Positions 59,482 to 64,000 of a DNA stretch of 64,000 nt are shown in pieces. The position numbers were made by a program, and so were the translations under genes. The stretch covers positions 7,606 through 71,605 of the forward strand of contig JAFLUT010000002.1 in NCBI GenBank assembly GCA_022508665.1, read 5' to 3'. The notes beneath the pieces are model-generated. The model ran no database searches and was not told the DNA's origin. It saw nothing but the letters and a program-made list of their open reading frames with translations. Position 1 is the first letter of the stretch, and every line of letters starts with the position of its first letter. The stretch is from Prevotellaceae bacterium (GTDB lineage: Bacteria > Bacteroidota > Bacteroidia > Bacteroidales > Bacteroidaceae).

Positions 59482-62400
59482 ATGGCATTTTCATTAAACA
59501 AAATCCTAAGCAATCTGTTTGGCAATAAGGCTGCACGAGACATCAAGGAAATTCGCCCTATTGTTGACCAGATACTGGCTGTAGAGCCAAGCATTCAGGC
59601 ACTGTCTAACGACGAACTACGTGCCAAGGTGGATGAAATCAAGGCTTTCCTCCAAGATAAAGTGAAGGACAAGAGGGCTGAGATTGCAAGTCTGAAAGAC
59701 AAAATACAAGAAACGGAGATTGACAAGAGACAGCCAATCTTTGAGGCTATCGACAAGAAAGAGACTGAGGTGCTTGACCTTTTTGAGGAGGGGCTTACTG
59801 AGGTTCTGCCAACAGTGTACGCTATTGTGAAAGATACGGCACGACGTTTTGCGACTGCCGAGAATGGCGATGTGGTAGTCACAGCAACAGACTTTGACCG
59901 TGAACTCGCCATTGAGCATGACTTTGTTGACCTCGACGGCGACAAGGCAATATGGCACAATCACTGGGTTGCTGGTGGCAACGAGATGACATGGAACATG
60001 ATTCACTATAACGTGCAACTCTTCGGTGGTATCGTGCTGCATCAGGGTAAGATTGCCGAAATGGCTACGGGTGAAGGCAAGACACTGGTGGCTACACTGC
60101 CTGTGTTCCTTAACGCCCTTTCTCGCAATGGTGTGCATGTCGTTACTGTTAACGATTATCTCGCAAAGCGTGACTCTGAGTGGATGGGACCTCTCTACAT
60201 GTTCCACGGATTGAGCGTGGACTGCATTGACAAGCATCAGCCAAACTCTGAGGCACGTCGCCGTGCATATCAGGCAGATATTACTTTTGGAACGAACAAC
60301 GAGTTTGGTTTCGACTATCTGCGTGATAATATGGCAATGGCACCGAAAGACCTCGTGCAACGCATACACAACTATGCCATTGTCGACGAGGTAGACTCTG
60401 TGCTTATTGACGATGCTCGTACACCGCTCATCATTTCAGGCCCTGTGCCAAAGGGTGATGTACAGATGTTTGAGGAGTACTGCCCTATCGTTGAGCAGTT
60501 GGTGGAGGCACAGCGCCGTCTTGCGCAGAACTATCTTACAGAGGCAAAAAAACTTATTGACTCGGACAACAAGAATGACGTGACAGCAGGCTTCCTCGCA
60601 CTGTTCCGCTCATACAAGGGTCTGCCGAAGAGTAACGCCCTCATCAAATATCTCTCGCAGCCGGGCATCAAGACAGGCTTGCTCCAGACTGAGGAAATCT
60701 ACATGGAGAATAACAACCGCCGTATGCCAGAAGCTACCGACCCACTTTACTTCGTTGTTGACGAAAAGCATAAGTCGGTAGAAATGACTGATAAGGGTAA
60801 CCAACTTATTGCTAACATCGTAAAGGATGATACATTCTTTGTATTGCCTGACATCACGACACAACTGGCAGAACTGGAAAACGAGAAGTTTGAGAATGAG
60901 GACGAGAGACTGGCGAAGAAGGATGCCTTGATGCAGGACTATGCCCTCAAAGCGGAGCGTGTACACACTATACAGCAACTGCTTAAAGCATACACGATGT
61001 TCGTGAAGGATGACGACTACGTTATCATGGACGGCGAGGTGAAAATTGTCGATGAACAGACTGGTCGTATCATGGAAGGGCGCCGTTGGAGTGACGGATT
61101 GCATCAGGCTGTGGAAGCGAAGGAGCGTGTGAAGGTGGAGGCGGCTACACAGACTTTTGCTACTATCACATTGCAGAACTATTTCCGCATGTACCATAAG
61201 CTGGCAGGCATGACGGGTACTGCTATTACCGAGGCAGGAGAGTTTTGGGATATATACAAACTGGATGTGGTTGAGATACCAACTAACCGCCCTATTGCAC
61301 GCATCGACCTTAACGACCGTGTGTATAAAACCAACCGTGAGAAGTATAACGCTGTGATTGAGGAGATTGTGAAGATGCGTAATGCAGGACGGCCTGTGCT
61401 TGTCGGCACGACATCGGTAGAAATCTCTGAATTGCTTTCTCGTATGCTCTCTATGCGTAAGATACCGCATCAGGTGCTTAACGCAAAACTGCATCAGAAG
61501 GAGGCGGACATCGTGGCTTTGGCTGGTCAAAGCACACTTGGCGAAGTGACTAATCCCGACGGAACGAAGGAGGAGAAGTTGCTCGGTGCTGTAACTATCG
61601 CAACCAATATGGCTGGTCGTGGTACAGACATCAAGTTATCTGACGAGGTGAAGGCTGCTGGCGGTCTTGCTATCATCGGTACTGAACGCCATGAGAGCCG
61701 ACGCGTCGACCGTCAGTTGAGAGGTCGTTCTGGTCGTCAGGGAGACCCCGGCTCATCTGTTTTCTATGTTTCTCTTGAGGACAAACTGATGCGTCTTTTT
61801 GCCAGTGACCGTATTTCACGCATCATGGACAGGCTCGGCTTTGAGGACGGCGAAATGATTGAGCATAAGATGATTAACCAGTCTATAGAGCGTGCGCAGA
61901 AGAAGGTGGAGGAAAACCACTTCGGTGTCCGCAAAAGACTGCTCGAATATGACGACGTGATGAACAAGCAGCGTAAGGTCATTTATGAGCGTCGTCGCCA
62001 CGCATTGATGGGTGAGCGTATCGGCATGGACATTTCAAATATGATATGGGACCGCGTGGTTCACATCTTCTCAAATGGCGACTACGAAAGTTGCAAAGAG
62101 GACTTCCTGCGTATTTTCGCCATGGAAATCCCATTCGACATGGAGAAGTTTGAAGGTACAAGCCGCAATAAACTAGAAGATGAAGCGTTTGACATCGTAA
62201 TAGACAACTTCAAGCGTCGCACAGCACGTTTGGCATCAGTAGCATTCCCTGTTATCAAGGATGTGTATGAGACAAAAGGACACATGTATGAAAATATCCT
62301 TGTGCCAATCACAGACGGTCGCCGCATCTATCAGATAAGCATACCTCTGAAAGAGGCTTACGAGACTGAAGGTGCGTCTATCCTCGTAGCATTTGAGAAA

Positions 62401-62865
62401 GCGATATTGCTGCACACAATTGACGACGCATGGAAGGAAAATCTGCGTGCTTTGGACGAACTGAAGCAGTCAGTGCAGAACGCATCGTATGAGCAGAAAG
62501 ACCCACTGCTTATCTTCAAACTCGAATCTGTCACTCTGTTCGACACCATGGTCAACGAAATCAATGACGGTACAATATCTGTCCTCATGCGTTGCTCTAT
62601 CCCTATCGCTGAACAGCAAGACGTTAAGCAAGCACCTCTTGCTTCGCAGGAAGAACCTACGAATCAGCAACTCTATGAGAGCCACGAGAACCTTAATGAA
62701 CTCTCAGAGACGCAGCGTCAGCAGGCACAGGCGGCTCAGACGGATACAAGAGCAAGGCAACCAATGACACCTGTGGTTAATAATGGTCCTAAAATAGGAC
62801 GTAATGACCCATGTCCGTGTGGCTCGGGAAAGAAATACAAGAACTGCCACGGACGCATGGCGTAA
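59482..62865 (+). CDS. secA: preprotein translocase ATPase SecA
   Basis: [14 protein letters not shown] Walker A, a DEVDS box, [10 protein letters not shown], and the C-terminal zinc motif [14 protein letters not shown]. Confidence 0.97.
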   Translation: MAFSLNKILSNLFGNKAARDIKEIRPIVDQILAVEPSIQALSNDELRAKVDEIKAFLQDKVKDKRAEIASLKDKIQETEIDKRQPIFEAIDKKETEVLDLFEEGLTEVLPTVYAIVKDTARRFATAENGDVVVTATDFDRELAIEHDFVDLDGDKAIWHNHWVAGGNEMTWNMIHYNVQLFGGIVLHQGKIAEMATGEGKTLVATLPVFLNALSRNGVHVVTVNDYLAKRDSEWMGPLYMFHGLSVDCIDKHQPNSEARRRAYQADITFGTNNEFGFDYLRDNMAMAPKDLVQRIHNYAIVDEVDSVLIDDARTPLIISGPVPKGDVQMFEEYCPIVEQLVEAQRRLAQNYLTEAKKLIDSDNKNDVTAGFLALFRSYKGLPKSNALIKYLSQPGIKTGLLQTEEIYMENNNRRMPEATDPLYFVVDEKHKSVEMTDKGNQLIANIVKDDTFFVLPDITTQLAELENEKFENEDERLAKKDALMQDYALKAERVHTIQQLLKAYTMFVKDDDYVIMDGEVKIVDEQTGRIMEGRRWSDGLHQAVEAKERVKVEAATQTFATITLQNYFRMYHKLAGMTGTAITEAGEFWDIYKLDVVEIPTNRPIARIDLNDRVYKTNREKYNAVIEEIVKMRNAGRPVLVGTTSVEISELLSRMLSMRKIPHQVLNAKLHQKEADIVALAGQSTLGEVTNPDGTKEEKLLGAVTIATNMAGRGTDIKLSDEVKAAGGLAIIGTERHESRRVDRQLRGRSGRQGDPGSSVFYVSLEDKLMRLFASDRISRIMDRLGFEDGEMIEHKMINQSIERAQKKVEENHFGVRKRLLEYDDVMNKQRKVIYERRRHALMGERIGMDISNMIWDRVVHIFSNGDYESCKEDFLRIFAMEIPFDMEKFEGTSRNKLEDEAFDIVIDNFKRRTARLASVAFPVIKDVYETKGHMYENILVPITDGRRIYQISIPLKEAYETEGASILVAFEKAILLHTIDDAWKENLRALDELKQSVQNASYEQKDPLLIFKLESVTLFDTMVNEINDGTISVLMRCSIPIAEQQDVKQAPLASQEEPTNQQLYESHENLNELSETQRQQAQAAQTDTRARQPMTPVVNNGPKIGRNDPCPCGSGKKYKNCHGRMA

Positions 62866-62911
62866 ACAAATGTGACAACGGTTAAGTATTCACTATAAAC
62901 CCCAAGACGAT

Positions 62912-63322
62912 ATGAAAGCAAAGTTCTGTCTGTTCATTGCCCTTATGGCACTGACTACATGTGTGAACGCAAAGAAGCATCCGCAGATAAAGTTTGAGAA
63001 GACGACGATAGACCTCGGCACGTTCTCAATGGACGACCCCGTGCAGAAAACAGTATTTAAGTTTACGAATGTAGGGGATGCAAAGTTGGTCATCGTGTCT
63101 GTGCAGGCTTCATGCGGATGTACCGTTGCCGATTATCCTAAGGACTTCATCTCTCCGGGAGCATCGGGGGAGATTACCGTTACATATAATGGCTCGGGAA
63201 AGATGCCCGGTAAGTTCAAGAAGAATGTGCAGGTCTTTTCTAACAGCAAGGAGGAAATGACAAGAATTTTCATTACTGGCGAAATGACTGACCTGCCTGT
63301 AAGCAAGAAGGTGAAGAAATAA
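62912..63322 (+). CDS. DUF1573-domain protein
   Basis: Signal peptide plus the F.FTN.G...L.I..V..SCGCT pattern (FKFTNVGDAKLVIVSVQASCGCTV). Confidence 0.85.
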   Translation: MKAKFCLFIALMALTTCVNAKKHPQIKFEKTTIDLGTFSMDDPVQKTVFKFTNVGDAKLVIVSVQASCGCTVADYPKDFISPGASGEITVTYNGSGKMPGKFKKNVQVFSNSKEEMTRIFITGEMTDLPVSKKVKK

Positions 63323-63339
63323 TATCGAGTACGTTGTGT

Positions 63340-63837
63340 ATGATACACTTGGACAGAAATACGGTAAAAACGAAGCATGAGGAACTGAATGGGGCTGAGT
63401 TGATCCGATACATAACTGATGAATACCTCTCGGCAGTCGGCGGAAGTCTGACTGCCGAGGTTATGGACATGCTGAGTCCTGACCAACACTCGTTGCTGTG
63501 TTACCGCTATGTACTTGACGAAGTTATGGAGGGAGGATTTATCCAACTCATCCTTAATGGATATGCTCCATACGTTTTGGAGGGGCCTTTCCCTTACACA
63601 GTGAAGAAAGAATGGGGAATGAAGGACTTCTCTAAACTGCTGTTTTCGGCAAAAAAGGAATACCACAAGAACAAGGAATTGCTGTCGAAGGACATGGACG
63701 ACGATGAGTTCATGGCACTGTATGAACAACTCGACGACTTGAACTGCTTGGGTGACAGTTTCCTCGACGACTATCAAGAGACAGTTACTCCTGCCGTGGT
63801 GGATATGATAATGAAGAATATTGACAAGTATTTGTAA
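63340..63837 (+). CDS. DMP19/DUF4375-like protein
   Basis: The YVLDEVMEGGFIQLILNGY context resembles the DMP19-family core. The assignment is from memory only. Confidence 0.5.
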   Translation: MIHLDRNTVKTKHEELNGAELIRYITDEYLSAVGGSLTAEVMDMLSPDQHSLLCYRYVLDEVMEGGFIQLILNGYAPYVLEGPFPYTVKKEWGMKDFSKLLFSAKKEYHKNKELLSKDMDDDEFMALYEQLDDLNCLGDSFLDDYQETVTPAVVDMIMKNIDKYL

Positions 63838-63856
63838 GATTGCTTAGGAGGGAATA

Positions 63857-64000
63857 ATGGGTAAGAAGAAAACTGCGAAGCAACAGCAGGTCAATATAAA
63901 GAACAAGAGAGCCTCGTTTGACTACGAATTTATCGACACGTTTACGGCAGGTATCGTCTTGACTGGCACGGAGATAAAGAGCATCCGTGCAGGCAAGGCA
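63857..64000 (+). CDS. smpB: SsrA-binding protein (5' partial, runs off the window)
   Basis: [33 protein letters not shown] is the canonical SmpB N-terminus. Confidence 0.9.
   Translation, partial: MGKKKTAKQQQVNIKNKRASFDYEFIDTFTAGIVLTGTEIKSIRAGKA

Overview
This 64-kb window looks like a chromosomal segment of a Bacteroidota genome, Prevotella/Segatella-like. Three things support that: many gene starts are preceded by the Bacteroides-type -7 box TAnnTTTG (often with a -33 TTTG), two secreted proteins carry T9SS-type C-terminal sorting domains, and the gene content fits. Most of the window is housekeeping: aguB-like amidase, yebC, pheT, rplU-rpmA, nth, lepA, rpmE2, fbaA, pepT, asnA, mtgA, yhhQ-queF, tRNA-Cys, tilS, secA, smpB. 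Between these sit several accessory or niche modules:
- a giant tandem-fused sensor kinase plus a LuxR-type response regulator;
- a 1155-aa T9SS C10 cysteine protease;
- an oadGAB Na+-decarboxylase operon with an extra lipoprotein gene;
- a vapBC-like pair next to an orphan PTS-EIIC (GatC family) and kduI;
- a ~14-kb Wzx/Wzy-type polysaccharide locus with glf and a visibly AT-rich variable core;
- a small promoter-led cassette (50-aa ORF, 167-aa ORF, AAA ATPase);
- a 745-aa T9SS cargo of unknown function;
- an Lnb(DUF4105)/alkaline-phosphatase-family pair.
No transposase, integrase, CRISPR array or rRNA was seen.
The signal I cannot explain is non-coding and recurrent. Perfect 26-27-bp inverted repeats, built from short heptamer-like units, surround AT-only palindromic cores (15941-16131, 22626-23042, and a related copy at 25399-25470). 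Four separate intergenic arrays carry 4-5 direct repeats phased at exactly 23 bp (16160-16274, 23076-23190, 27215-27306, 47240-47331), and there is one AT-rich 21-bp array (29831-29914). The module order (23-bp array, palindromic element, G-rich box, promoter) is the same upstream of the C10 protease and upstream of oadGAB. I also call a tandem preQ1-I-like riboswitch pair upstream of yhhQ-queF and two candidate sRNA units, each bracketed by a promoter and a terminator. All functional calls come from reading motifs in the translated ORFs. No database search was run.
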